Shown one piece after another: positions 27,846 to 41,000 of a DNA stretch of 64,000 bases (position 1 is its first letter; each line of letters starts with the position of its first letter). Made by a program: the position numbers and the translations under genes. The stretch is from Octopus bimaculoides (taxonomy: Eukaryota): NCBI RefSeq assembly GCF_001194135.2, contig NC_068983.1, positions 23,130,464 to 23,194,463 of the forward strand. Direction: 5' to 3'. A model generated the notes under the pieces. The model was not told where the DNA came from, ran no database searches, and was given only the letters and a program-made list of their open reading frames with translations.

Positions 27846-30529
27846 TTGCTTGTTAGGTAGTTAATTGAAGTTATGAACAAGCAAAGAGAAGCTTATGAGC
27901 TAAATGATAGAAATGTAATTTTTGAGCAAATAAGTTAAAACGGAAATTGAAAATGCAAATATGCAGATGCATTCAACTTTCGCCCATAGTAACACAATTT
28001 GAACATGAAATATATTGAAATTAGGAAAATGTATTTGTGAGGTTAACATACAAGCGGTGAGCTGGCAGAAATGTTAGCACGCCGAGCGAAATGCTTAGCG
28101 GTATTTCGCCTGCCGCTATGTTCTGAGTTCAAATTCCACGAGGTCAACTTTGCCTTTCATACGTTCGGGGTCGATTAAATAAGTACCAGTTATGCACTGG
28201 GGTCGATATAATCGACTTAGTCCGTTTGTCTGTCCTTGTTTGTCCCCTCTGTGTGTAGCCCCTTGTGGGTAGTAAAGAAATAACATACAAGGCTCCTGTT
28301 AAAATCTTACAACAGCCACTGTATTGTGCAAGGTACTTAACTCTGCTTGTTTGCATTCCTACATCACAGTTGGGTAGTTAGCAGTTGATTAGACACATCC
28401 AGTTGTGAGAACAGTGCAGCAAGTGAATCACTCCATACAAATATGAAAGGTTGAATGTAAAGTGGTGAAACAATTTTTTGTGGAATGGAGTTATCGCATT
28501 GATTCTCAAGAATGAGATTGATAACCAGTGTCACTTAAATTTGAGGAGCATTACTCTAAAGGGTTAAAGATAAGTAGATTTAGAAGCAGTTGTATATTTT
28601 CTTGTAAATGATTATTATAGTGTTGGCAACAGTTCTGACAATTCTATTGAGTATTAATGCAAAAAAGCAAATGTGCTCTTGAACTCTGAAGCTATGCATT
28701 TGATCTACTAGCCTGTCACTAGATTGCTACATACTATATTGCTTGCTCTCTCTCTCATGTGTAGGTGCATGGCTCAGTGGTTAGAGCATTAGGTTTACAA
28801 TCGTGAAGTTATGAGTTCAATTCCTAGACAAGGCTGTGTTGTGTCCATGAATAAGACACTTCATTTCACATTGTTCTAGTTCATTCAAATGTAGAGATGA
28901 GTTGCGACATCATTGGTACCAAGCTGTATCTGCCTTTGTATTCTTTTACTTGTCATTTGACTGTGGCCATGCTGGAGCACTGCCTTGAAGTGTTTTTTTA
29001 GTTAAACAAATTGACCCCTAGACTTCTCTCTTTTTTTTTTTTTAAAGCCTAGTACTTATGCTGTTGGTCTCTTTTGCTGAACAGCAAAGTTACAGGGATG
29101 TAAACACACCAACACCAGTGATGGCAGGGACAAACACACACACATACAATCTTCTTTCAGTTTCTGTCTACCAAATCCACTCACAAGGCTTTGGTTGGCT
29201 TGAGGCTTTAGTAGAAGACACTTGCCCAAGGTGCCATGCAGAGGAACTGAACCTACCTGCACCTATATTGTATGGTTAAACTCACTTTGCAACCATGTGG
29301 TTTTGGGTTCAGTCAGTGTGTGGTGCCTTGGGGAAGTTTCTTCCACTATAGACTTGGACCAACAAATGACTTGTGAATTTGAAAGGCAGAAACTGTGGAA
29401 GCACATCATGTGTGTGTTTGTTGCTTACCATTGCTTGACAATTGATGTTGGTTTGTTTACATCCCCTGTAACTTAGTGGTTTAACAAAAGAGGTCAAGAG
29501 AATAAGCACTGGTTCAAGGTGGTGAGCTGGCAGAATCTTTAGCATGCCGGGCGAAATGCTTAGCAGTATTTCGTCTGCTGTTACGTTCTGAGTTCAAATT
29601 CTACCGAGGTCGACTTTGCCTTTCGTCCTTTCGGGGTCAATAAATTAAGTACCAGTTTCGCACTGGGATTGATGTAATCGACTTAATCCCTTTGTCTGTC
29701 CTTGTTTGTCCCCTCTATATTTAGCCCCTTGTGAGCAATAAAAAATAAGAATAAGCACTGGAGTCAATTTGTTTGACTAAAACCTTCAAAGTAGAACCTT
29801 GACATGTCTTACTTCCACTTTCCTTGCTGGTATGTGTTGGACAGGTCCTTATAGTCATGTTAGTTTTTATTCAATTATTGTCCTAGACATACCTCCCTTG
29901 TACATTTAAATTTTGGCATAGGTTCTGTATGTTTGTGAGAAGGTACAGAAAATTATTTCTAATTTAGTTTTGATTATAAATTCTTTCTTTTTCCCTAGTG
30001 AATATACGCAGTTAAATTAATGCTAAAACAATTGGGCTGGTGTCAATGGAGTAGAGAATTCGGAGTTGTGTCTTAAAGGAAATTGAGTTATTTGATATGA
30101 ACAAAATTTGTCTGCCACAGATTTTTATGATGAGCAAATATTTGTCAGAGCTGTGGTGAATGCCAGCTTCTACATCTACTACTAATATTTTTTCTCCTTG
30201 GCTTTTAGCCTAAATTTATCATTTAAGTTCGCTGAAAGATGAAATGTTATAGTAAGTATGCTTAGCAGAAATGCAGACAACTATAAGGCCAGCCTATATT
30301 TTTTTTTTTAATATCTTTTTCTTATGTGATTATATGCTTCTGCAGTTAAGACAAAATTACTTGTGTTTAAAATAATTTAAGCTTGGTTTTCAATGACTGT
30401 TTAATTCTATTTCTACGTTCTCCAAGACATTAACCAATATTTTTCAATTTTCTTTTTCCATTTTAGCGTTTTGCAGATAGTAACTCAGCTGAATCCTCAA
30501 GCAAAGTGACAGAAGAGGAACTGGAATAA
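17649..30529 (+). CDS. TOMM20: Mitochondrial import receptor Tom20, complete spliced CDS: join(17649..17772,22268..22311,24576..24657,26507..26649,30467..30529), 151 aa
   Basis: Spliced translation MLPKSPLGIAAAGVGICFLGYCIYFDHKRRSDPSFKQKLRE-RREKQRQNAKKRPNP-LPPMNSPLEMQKFFLQEVHNGEELLGQ-GDINGGIEHLSNAVAVCSQPHQLLQVLQQTLPGHVFQKLLEQLPTVTQ-RFADSNSAESSSKVTEEELE*. Shows the Tom20 signatures GYCIYFDxKRRSDP, FFLxExxxGEELL and AVAVCxQPxQLLQVLQQTLP. All introns are GT-AG with matching phases. Confidence 0.97.
19213..19567. mobile_element. Foldback MITE with long TIRs and an internal (TTAGGG)n-like array
   Basis: Arms ~19213-19328 and ~19445-19567 are diverged reverse complements (GGACTATATGTAATCTGAACC...); telomere-like hexamers lie at 19363-19411. 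Confidence 0.75.
19363..19411 (+). repeat. Interstitial telomere-like repeat, ~8 units
   Basis: tagggttagggttagggttacggtcagggtcagggttagggttaggttt. Confidence 0.9.
20592..20968 (+). mobile_element. Family-A tRNA-derived SINE, full length (TOMM20 intron 1)
   Basis: A/B-box-like head, central microsatellite and gactgaaacaagtaaaagag tail. Confidence 0.92.
22268..22311 (+). CDS. TOMM20: TOMM20 coding exon 2
   Basis: tttag|GACGAGAG...AATCCA|gtaagt; (R)REKQRQNAKKRPNP; phases 1 and 0 fit the neighbouring exons. Confidence 0.9.
22445..23034. mobile_element. hAT-Charlie MITE with a perfect 8-bp TSD
   Basis: TIRs CAGTGGTTCCCAAACT / AGTTTGAGAACCACTG; TSD CTTTAGAT at 22437-22444 and 23035-23042; contains an internal gap. 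Confidence 0.92.
24576..24657 (+). CDS. TOMM20: TOMM20 coding exon 3
   Basis: tttctag|CTTCCT...GGTCAAG|gtatat; LPPMNSPLEMQKFFLQEVHNGEELLGQ(G). Confidence 0.95.
26507..26649 (+). CDS. TOMM20: TOMM20 coding exon 4 (TPR-like presequence-binding region)
   Basis: ttttag|GCGAT...ACACAA|gtgagt; DINGGIEHLSNAVAVCSQPHQLLQVLQQTLPGHVFQKLLEQLPTVTQ. Confidence 0.97.
28054..28282 (+). mobile_element. Family-B tRNA-derived SINE
   Basis: gcggtgagctggcagaa...ttctgagttcaaattcc...gaggtcgactttgcctttcatcc...; the same family occurs at 26717-26925 (+), 44385-44600 (+) and 12705-12907 (-). Confidence 0.88.
29518..29750 (+). mobile_element. Family-B tRNA-derived SINE
   Basis: Near-identical to the 28054 copy. Confidence 0.88.
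30467..30529 (+). CDS. TOMM20: TOMM20 coding exon 5 (to stop)
   Basis: Long pyrimidine tract ...ttttag|CGTTTT; RFADSNSAESSSKVTEEELE*. The acidic end matches the EDDVE-type Tom20 C-terminus. Confidence 0.88.
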   Translation, partial: RFADSNSAESSSKVTEEELE

Positions 30530-30779
30530 GTTAAACCTCAGGAATTTATATTTGTCTTCTCTGTTAAGCATGATGTTTGTGAACCATACAAACCAAATGC
30601 ACACACTAATGTGAAAAAAATATGTACCCCAAAAAAACATTGCTGTAGTAGCCATTGGCTATTTATTATCTATCTATTCATCATACCTCCTTCATGAAAT
30701 AACTTGAGGTAACTCAGTTATCATAAATCAAATATTTGTTGACATGCTGGCCATAGCATTTCTAAACCTTTTGTCTAAG

Positions 30780-30785
30780 AATAAA
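30780..30785 (+). promoter_or_regulatory. Candidate polyadenylation signal of TOMM20
   Basis: AATAAA ~250 nt after the stop; a second AATAAA lies near 30945. Which one is used is unknown. Confidence 0.45.
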
Positions 30786-31959
30786 AGACTTCACAAATTT
30801 GATATGCTAAGTACTTTTTATGTAAATGTTCATGGTGTAATACGAGATAAATTGATTTTGAAAGAAGAAATTCCTCTTAATTAGCCTTCTATATTATAAA
30901 TCTATCATTAAAAGATTTTTTTTTCTTTATTCATACTCTTTCTAATAAAAGAAAAAAATAGAAAATGTTTATTTTTCAACAAAATTTAACCAAAGTTGGT
31001 ATTTTTTATATCATGACAACTTTTTTTTTAAGTAACCTTTTGTATTTGAATTCTCTAACAATTTTATGTAGAATGCTTTTAAATAATTAAGCTCTTTTGT
31101 TCATACCTTTTATCTAAATGGTGCTGAGTTTGCAATGATTTAGTGCTTGTTATTTCCTGAGGAAATTTATAGCCAACCTCTCTAAATCAATTCAAAAGTA
31201 ATGACAATTGTATCAAGATTTAGGTATAAACGTAAATATATAATTTTCCGCTCAGTTCCAACTTTGTCAACATAATAAGGTTGGGTCTGTTGCAGCATTG
31301 TCAATGGACTCATCTGTAGTTCTAACTACTTATTCCATAAATTGATCCAATAATCATTAATTTCCTTTATCTTTTTTAATAGTTGGTGTTGCTATGCCAC
31401 TGAGATTGGGTGGTACTAAATTTTGATGTTTCCAACATCTCAAAGTATTTTAATGACATGACATCATTTGTCTTATTCTCTATCTCCAATTAATCCACTT
31501 AAAACTTTGTTTCAATCAAAAAATAACAGATGTTTCCAAAGAATGACATGCATGAACATTTCCTTGGTGACACTGAAACAAAACAAAGGAAGATAAAATG
31601 ACAACACATTTATCTAATCTGGTATTGGATACTAACAAATCTTTCAACTGTATCACTTATATCCTTATCTCTTTTATTCCACTGCCAGGCAGAGTTCTTC
31701 CTATGGTCACAAAACTGATCAGTACTTTGTAGGACTTTATCTTTTAAAAATGTCTTGGTGTCTTTTACATAGTATGAAATTCCAATCTCCTACTTGTATT
31801 TCTTCTTGGCTTTTATCCTAAATTTACTCATAACTAATGAATACTGCCTCCAAAACACATTTTTCTCAGGTCTAAATGCTATATAAATGTGGCTGCTAAG
31901 TTTACAATATTCAATTAATTTTAAAGCAACAGTTTTCAAAAAATATACAATTTTATTCC

Positions 31960-32084
31960 TCATATCTGTACAGCTTGTTTTGATATCTTTTGGATAATGT
32001 TATTCTGAGACTTTTGGCGGCTTCTTTTGGGTGACAAAGATGAGTTGGTTTTCTCTAACACACTATAAATGTCCAATGATTCAC
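31960..32084 (-). CDS. POLG: POLG last coding exon (to TGA)
   Basis: ccacag|[42 protein letters not shown]; matches the GEALDIY motif. Confidence 0.93.
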
Positions 32085-35000
32085 CTGTGGCAAATAAATC
32101 AATTGAAAAGATCATTCTGGGGTGGTGGGGTGGATGCAATGGTAATCAAAATGGATATAAATATACTGCTACTTTCCATTAAAATTATTATCCAGATAGG
32201 TGTACAAATATTTTGTTACTCTAGGAGTGATGGTGTAGAGCTGTGCTACACAATGTAGCAATTTAGTCTTAACTGTTGACACAATACACTTTGTATAATG
32301 CTCAGCAGGGTATTCCTCTAAGGTGCAAATTTTAACAAGCAAGAGTTTGAAACCATGCTGCATTTTTGAACTGCAACAGATTGCCCATTTGGCTAGTTCT
32401 AGCATTCACCCTAGATGTAATAAAAAAAAAAAAAAATTCCTTTTTGTCTTCTATTATATATCATCCATGAACAATTTATTAAAACGCTTTTTTATTGAAT
32501 CTCCAGTTAATGATTCTCATTACATATCTGCACTAATGTATTTTTCTAAAACTTGGTCTAAGGAAGAGGTACAGTGCTCATGGTTTTGTATTTCCTACCC
32601 AATGAGGATTTAAGAGGGATCCCAGAAATTGACAATGAAGGGAAAGACAGGGGTTGGCTTGGGGTAGGAGCTGTTTGTAACTTCCTAATTCAGAAGAACA
32701 AACTGTTTTAGTAACAGCTGAAGAGACCCAGAACATGCAACATGTGGGGTGGTTGTAAGATGTTCATGGTTTACAAATTCTTTCAGGTGGGGCCCAAATG
32801 TAATGTAGCAGCTACTCTGTCTCAAATATAAGTCCTATTTGTGCTTTGTAAAATGTCAGGCATGGTTAGTTACAAATTTTCTGGTTGGAAGAACCCTAGA
32901 GAAAGAAATGTGTCTTGTGCCTTAATTAGAAACATTATCGAAACATTTTGTCCAAATATTAAACTTGTGGCTTTTATGTTAACCTTTATGAAAAAGTTAC
33001 CTTACCAAATGGAATATTATAACCAGTTTCCAGTCCATGAGGGTTAGAAGGAGTTACACAATTTAAATCCACTTCTTTCCTAAGGCACGTGTCAATATCA
33101 ACAGCACTGAAGAAGGCTACAGACTAAAAATAAAAACAAAGATTATTATTTAAATGAAACAATTTAAAATTTTTTTTTTTTTTGATAATCTGAAAGATAA
33201 ACGCAAGTTATATAGCTAGGTTACAAATGGTAACAAGGATTCTGACAAATCAGTTGATTGAGGCAGTTAATTGGTTACTAATTAACTAATAGTAATAAGA
33301 AATTAAACAGAACCATCGTGTGTTTCTTATTGGCAAAATGATCCTCTCAAAATGTGCATTTCGATACGTGATTTATACATTAAGTACCAACCACTTCACA
33401 GTGTGCTGGGTGCTGCATGGACACTTACGTAGCACCTCCAGAAGGACCAGTCTTAACACTTTTGCTGTGGACTATGGGTCTTCATGAGTACAGCAAGGTG
33501 CCAGGCATCTTGGTCCTTTATCATCTCGCCGGAAAGGTTCAGCGTCCTGAGGTTGTTCTTCAGTACTTTATCCCACTTCCATGTGCTCTATTTATTATGA
33601 GATATCAGCACTTCTTTATGAAGCTGTTGGCATCAATCTTATCTTCATTTTAATGTCCACTTTTCCATGCTCGCATAAGTCAGGCAAAGTTTATTGAGGT
33701 AGGTTTTCTATGCCTGGATGCCCTTTCTGTCACTAACCCTTACTTGATTCCAAGCAGGGTAATATCCCTATGTTTTTGTAGAATACTGCAAATGAATGAA
33801 ACTGCTTGTATGACAGTGACACTCATTTACAACAGTCATGTGGATTTGGTAGACAGAAACTGAAACGCTCATCATGTATATATTTGTGTTTGTCCCTCAC
33901 CTCCACTGCTTGACAACCAGTGTTGGTGTATTTATGTCCCTGTAACTCAGTGGTTTCGCAAAAGAAACGGACAGAATAATTACCAAGCTGGAAAAAACCC
34001 AAAAACCTACAGAGGTCAATTCATTCAACTAAAAGTTCTTCAAGGCAAAACCTCAACACAGTAGCAATCTGATGACTGAAACAAGTAAAAGGTAAATGAA
34101 ATACAGGTGTATGATACAACAGTCATGTGATATCAAGACAAACCCATGCATTATATATACATATATGACAGGCTTTTTTTAGTTTCTAACTACCAAAACC
34201 ATTCACAAGGCTTTTGTTGGTCTGGGGCTAAAATAAAAGAAACTTGCCCATGATAAAACACAGACTGAACCAGAAAACGTGATTCAGAAACAAACTTCTT
34301 AACCACAAATACATACATATATATACAATAATTAATCAGGCAAACCGATGATCAAAGGCATGACATTCCAACCGTGTCTATCCTCTCTTTCTTCTTTTTA
34401 TAGTTAAAGTGTATATGGGACTATTTAATGCATAAGATGGTATGGTAGTGGCTCTTAAATGACGCACTGAAAATTGTTTTTTTAAAAGGATTTCAGGTCT
34501 TAGAAAATCCATACAAATGAGTGTCTTAGAAAATGCCTTATTCATAATTTTGTTATACCTAGTATGATCAATAAAACAAAGTAAACAGTTTGCTAAATTG
34601 TTAACTGTTTTTTTTTCCTTACTTTATACACAAAAGTGGCCACTAATAATTTTTTTTATCTCCAGGGTGCCACACAGGTGGAGAACCACAGCGGTGAGGA
34701 TTGATATAAAGGAGATTTGGTTGCTATTTCTAACAAAGTGGGCAACTATCTAAGGGTTTCTTCATTGCTACAACACTGATTTCCTGAAACCTTTGATTCA
34801 AAAGCCTTTTCCAGACTATTGATTTTTCGAAACTAGAGGTGGTCACCTCTAAAGCCTGTTGTGTATATATCTGTGTGTCTGTTTGTCCCTCACCCCCACA
34901 GCTTGTGTTTATGCTCCCATAACTTAGTGGTTCAACAAAAAGACCGAGAGAATAAGTGCATCATCATCATCGTTTAACGTCCATTTTCCATGCTGGCATG

Positions 35001-38000
35001 GGTCGGACAAAATAATGCAGGCTTAAAAAAAAGTACTGGGGTCGATTCATTCAACTAAAAGTTTTTTGAGGTGGTGCCCCAGCATGGCCTCAGTCTAATG
35101 ACTGAAACAAGTAAAATATGAATGAAATACAGGTGCTTGTACATTAGAAATTATACATGTTTATTAAGAGTGTACTGTGCAAGGTACAGTAAACTGGTGG
35201 CTGTGGGAATTTGAAATCCTTGCTTGTAAACTAGAGCATATTGTAAGAAGTTTTGCCTCTTCAAATGTGCACCATTAATGGTTTATTAGTTAACTAGTTG
35301 ACTAATAGTATGGTTTCAAATTTTGGCACAAGGCCAGCAAGTCTGGGTGAGAGAGTAAGTTGATTGTATGAACCCCAGTGCTCAACTGGTACAGATTTTA
35401 TTGACCCCAAAAGGATGAAAGGCAAAGTCGACCTTAGTGGAATTTGAAGTCAGATCATAAAGACAGATGAATTTCTTATTTCTTTACTGCCCACAAGGGG
35501 CTAAACATAGAGAGGACAAACAAGGGATTAAGTCGATTACATCGACCCCAGTGCGTAACTGGTATTTAATTTATTGACCCTGAAAGGATGAAAGGCAAAG
35601 TCGACCTCGGCGGAATTTGAACTCAGAACGTAGCGGCAGACGAAATACAGCTAAGTATTTTGCCCGGCATGCTAACGTTTCTGCCAGCTCGCCGATGAAT
35701 TTCTACTAAGTGTTTTGACAGGCATGCTAATGATTCTGCCAGCTCTCCACCCACCTTGTTTTTAGTTGACTAATAATAATGAAAAGAAATTGAATAGGTC
35801 AAGTATATCTTTCTTATTGGCAAAATTACCCTCTCAAGATACATGTTTCAATACATGGTTTTATAACAAGAGCCAGTGCCGCTGGACTGTGCAGGTGGCA
35901 CGTAAAATACACCATTTTGAGCGTGGCTGTTGCCAGTACTGCCTGACTGGCCTTCGTGCTGGTGGCACATAAAAGCACCCTCTACACTCTCGGAGTGGTT
36001 GGCATTAGGAAGGGCATCCAGCTGTAGAAACTCTGCCAGATCAGATTGGAGCCTGGTGCAGCCATCTGGTTCACCAGTCCTCAGTCAAATCGTCCAACAC
36101 ATGCTAGCATGGAAAGTGGACGTTAAATGATGATGAACCTTGCAAAAATAAAAAAAGCAAAATCACTTTTTATAGTATTACTGTAAAGTTGGTGTTATAC
36201 TTGTAATGTTTTAGTTTGAAATGAGAGAAGGAAATGTTTCAAAGCAAACCTGTGGTAAATCTGGAATTCCTAGTTTGTGTGCACACATGCAGCGTGTAAA
36301 GAGATTGGTGATTTGCAGTGCTAAAGCTGCCCGATAGCGATCTTCTCGGCGTACCAGGTAACGTACTTCATCATGAATACTAATGGAAAAACGACCATCA
36401 ATTGAATACTCTTCCAGAAGCCATTTCATGGAGACTAGCATCAAATGAAGATAATCGACAGCTGAACTTTGAACTGCCCAGTTGATCCGGCTGTTCATAA
36501 ACTTGAGAAGAGAAAACAAGAGGCTAAGACAGTTTTAAACAAATAATGGAATTAATGTTATATTGAATTATTTCTTATGATTACAATCAATACCAATATA
36601 ACTTTGTATTATATCTTATCTTTGTCTTATTACATACATTTCAATTACCTTATATGTGAATCAGGGATGTCTTAGCTACATTATAAGCCCTGGGAAAATG
36701 AATGTATTGGGCCCTGCAGTACTTATTACAACAAGCAACAGAATACAGAGTTTCTGTGGATTTGTCTAGCTCTAAGTTTTATTTATCATTTCAGCATTGC
36801 CATTCTCCTTCAGCCAAGAACTATCTAACTTACCTTATTATAGAAACAAAAAAAACACACCAGCATAGATTGTATGGGTCTGAAATTTTTAGGATATTTT
36901 AATACTGTGAATTTTGGTTCACTTTTCAACACAAATTATGAAGTTGAAACAGAATATATAAATTAAGCAACATGTAACATGGAATGTTTAAGAGAACATG
37001 TATAGCTTCTAGAAAGGTTTGAATTCATGAATTTTGAGGCCACAAATCCTTACTTACTTAGACTTTTATCTCAATAAAAATGATTTTGAGATTTTCAAAT
37101 TTATATTGAGAGATCACCAATAGAGTTAAGTGTAATATGTTGTTTAATCTCAGGCCAACCCTGATCATGCAGTTATGACCAACTTGTCTTTTTCTTAAGA
37201 CATAGTAATGCTATTTAAGGGAGATTTGACAATTATTTCCAGTAGGATGAAAAACTGCATAGAGGGTCTTTGATGGCTTGTGTAAATGAAGTGATTTTCT
37301 GGTTTTGTTTCATGTAGCATGGTACTGAATCCAAGCAGAGATTCAAATTCATCATACAAGAATACAATTTAGACTTATATTCTCTCCACTGTAAATTCTA
37401 TTTCTCTAACCCCAGAGATTCTGATGTGGCCACCACTAAAATATATAAACATATAAAAATCATCATCATTTGGCAACTCCAGTCAAAAATGACCTCACAA
37501 CTTATCAGAGCTCACGAAACGGCACTGTCACACCAAGGTCTTGAATGTTTTTCCCAAATCTCTCGTGGTAACCTCTGGATAAGAGATTTGCAACTTTTCC
37601 CAGTAGCTGACCAAGGTCTCCAAAGGACAGATGATGATTCTAACTCATCTTTTCCCTAAAGCAGTACCCAGCAAAATGCACTTTTGTTGTCTCTCTGTTT
37701 ACGAGTGGGAAAGTCCCTTGAATTTCTTTTTGTGTTAGATGTATTTTCCACAAAAGATTTTATACTTCTTGTAGAAATTAAGTGAACAACCATCTGATCA
37801 TTTCTGAAGCTTTGAAGAAAATGTTCATGTTTCTGAACTGGCACAATAAAACACAAAAGATATTGATTTTACAAATCAACTTAAATTCTACAACATCCAC
37901 TGGTCTTGAAAAACCATGAATCAGTGCCTGGAGAATTTTGTGGCAGCTGCTGATTGATAGTAGTGCAGCATCTGCTATCCAAACATTGGCCAATTTGTTG

Positions 38001-41000
38001 TAAGTTGACCATGTTATTGCCTTCCAGGTGAGAACATCTTTTCTGAGTTCATCACACATAAGGTATTTAAAGTGATAAATGGCAAGATAGTGTAGAAAAG
38101 ACATGTCCAGATTGTCATACTGTACATCCATACAATTCATCACTACATGTCAGATTGTGCAGTGTGGTTTACAGCTACACTGAAGGATGGAATAAATGGA
38201 ACAACTGCTTACTACATGTGTGCCATAGGCCTGCACAATTAGAGCTGACTTGGGGTTATGTAACCTCATTAACCCTTAAATTGTAGGGAAAAAAAGGTTG
38301 CATGAATGTGTGTCAAACAGGTGAAAAACAACCAATATCTTTCTCTTGAAAGCATTTTTTATATTTAATATTGTCAGTCTCTCACACAATAAAATTTACT
38401 ATCTCACTATCAAAAGGTGGCATGAAATATTCACTTTCCTTGATGATAACCACATCTATGTAAAATTTTTGAAACATCAATTGACCATATCCACTATACT
38501 CTAATGAAACATTAATTGATGTCTGCTGTTTAAGGGTTAATAGATAAAATCTGTAGATTCAAGGGTTAAGACTTATTTGAACTCAAAATAGCATTTCTAT
38601 TGTTTCTGCTAGAATAAGGAAAACCATATTTACATCCCCAGAAACTTGCTTTGGTTCTAATGCTTCACTGATTCGACAGCCCAAAACTGGAGTCACTGGT
38701 TGAGCATCCCTGGCAATTTCCTCTAATTTGTTAAACATGAAGCTTTCACTGAAACATAAACAGTTAGAAGTCTAGTTAAGAAACTGGCAATCCATATTAG
38801 TACAATTTTCACATTAAGCTATAGAGAAAACACTTAACCAAGGTGCCATTGTGGGACTGCGACCCAAAACCATGTGGTTGTCAAGCGTACTTCATAACCA
38901 TACTACTATAATGGTGAATGCGTGTGTGTGTGTGAGTGCTTACATTGTGACCTACAATCAGCATTCTCTGTTGTCATTTCCCAGTCAACAAATCAAATGA
39001 TAGCTCTGGGCTTTCACAGACATGCAGTGGTATGAAAACCTTTGCCTGAACAACTGGCAAGGGTTAGCAACAGAAGGGGTATCTGGCTGTAAAACAATAT
39101 GTATTTGTATGTTGAATAACTTAATGATGTCATAAATAGAAATCACTAAAATAGGTAAAGGGGCAGATATTAATGACTAAAACGCCCCAGCATGCTACAG
39201 TCTAATGACTGAAACAAGTATATGAATAAACATGCTGGCATGGAAAAACCCAAACATAAAAATAAACAAATTTGTATTGGTTTTTTTTTGTTGCTTAGTC
39301 CCAAAAAGGAAGAAAGAACTAGACTTGTTATTAGGATTTCCAGGAATAGTGGGAGGAAGTTACCTGCAGACAAGAGGCATGAACTGGCATTATACAGAGC
39401 AAGGGATTATTTAGTCTACTACCTAACAAGAGTGAAGGATTAGGTCCACTGCCCAAGAACAAAAATAATCCTTCTGATTATTAACTTCCATACATTTTTC
39501 ATCAACCAAATGAAAATAAACAAATAGTCACACTAACATGCTAGCTCAAAGTAAGTTACCAACAACAACAAAAGCAGCAAGAAAAGAATCTAGAGATACA
39601 TACCTGCCTCCAACCCAACTTCCAGTCTCAGGGCTGAAATAAGAAATAAATAAAACTATTAAAAATTAACTCATGTTAAATTTACTTTCTCTCTCTGATA
39701 TATATATATATATATATATATTGTTCAAATTTATAGAAAAACTAAAGACAAAGACAGGTGTAGCAACAACAAGAAAGTGTATTAGTTTGACACAAAGTTT
39801 TCATCGTTCTCAAAACAATCATGGAGATCTTGTGCAAATGAAACCTGAGTGTCTTTTTGGTCAGCTAAAAGCAATTTTGGCACAAACTTGGCAGACATGC
39901 ATCTCGTACCCAAATCTTCAGTGATAATGAACTGAACCGTAACTAATCTGCACATCCTCTGATAACTCACAGATGGTGATTCAACGATTTCCACTCACAG
40001 CTGCACACTCATCTGCGATGTTTTTCTCAGTTCTATTGGTTGTGGGTCTCTCAGAACGTTTGTCACTATCAACATTTTTTCAGCCATCTTGGAAATGTCT
40101 GAACCACTCATGTGGCTCATACACTCCTCTCCATACACTTTCTGCAACTTTGCATAGATCTCTGAGCAAGTATAACCATGACAACTTTCTCAAAAGGAAC
40201 TCAGCCACTTTGCCTCTGTGAGGCCCAATGCTCAAAAGGAACTTAGCCACTTTGCCTCCATGAGCCTCAACACTCAAAAGGTGCTCTTTATGTGCCACCA
40301 GCATTAGCCATGACTACGATTTCACATGGCTAGCCGGGTCTTCTCAAGCACAGCATATTGCCAAAGGTCTCAGTCAACTGTGAGGACAGTCACACGTTTA
40401 CTTTGCCTCTGTGAGGCTCAAAGTTCGAAGATCATGCTTCACCACTTCGTCCCACGTCTTCCTGGGTCTATCTCTACCACAGGTTCCCTCTGTAGTTAGA
40501 GATCGGCACTTCTTTACACAGCCAGCTGTCCTCGTCCATATAATTGACTAAGTCCTTGAAGACGGTAAGTACCCAGCATTACCACAGTTGAAAGACAAAT
40601 TAATAAACGATTTTCTTTTTTTAAATCAACTTTTACAAGAACAATAAAGGATTTTTCAGTCAGAAGAATAAAATTTACTTACTCTCTATTTCCTTTTGTA
40701 GCTGTAAACAACTTCTTAATCTTAGACTGTGATTCACGATAGCTTAACCGGTGGTTAAACTGTAACAAGAGCTGTTCTGCAAATTTATGACCAGCTCCAT
40801 AGATCCGGCTATAGTTGAAAACCTGAAACAGCCAACAACAATGACAAATATTAAGACACTTCGTATCTACTTAAAAATTGTTAGTGCTAGTCAGGTTTTA
40901 AAATACACACTCATCGAGTTGGGAGCCACAACAGGAGTACTGTTCCTACATCTGAGATATTGAGACAGCTATGCATGCACATGCACGCACCCACCCACAC

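Noticed and set aside
40190-40421. Regularly spaced 42-nt repeats (CRISPR-like?)
   Set aside because: These are adjacent tandem units without unique spacers, in eukaryotic DNA with no cas genes.
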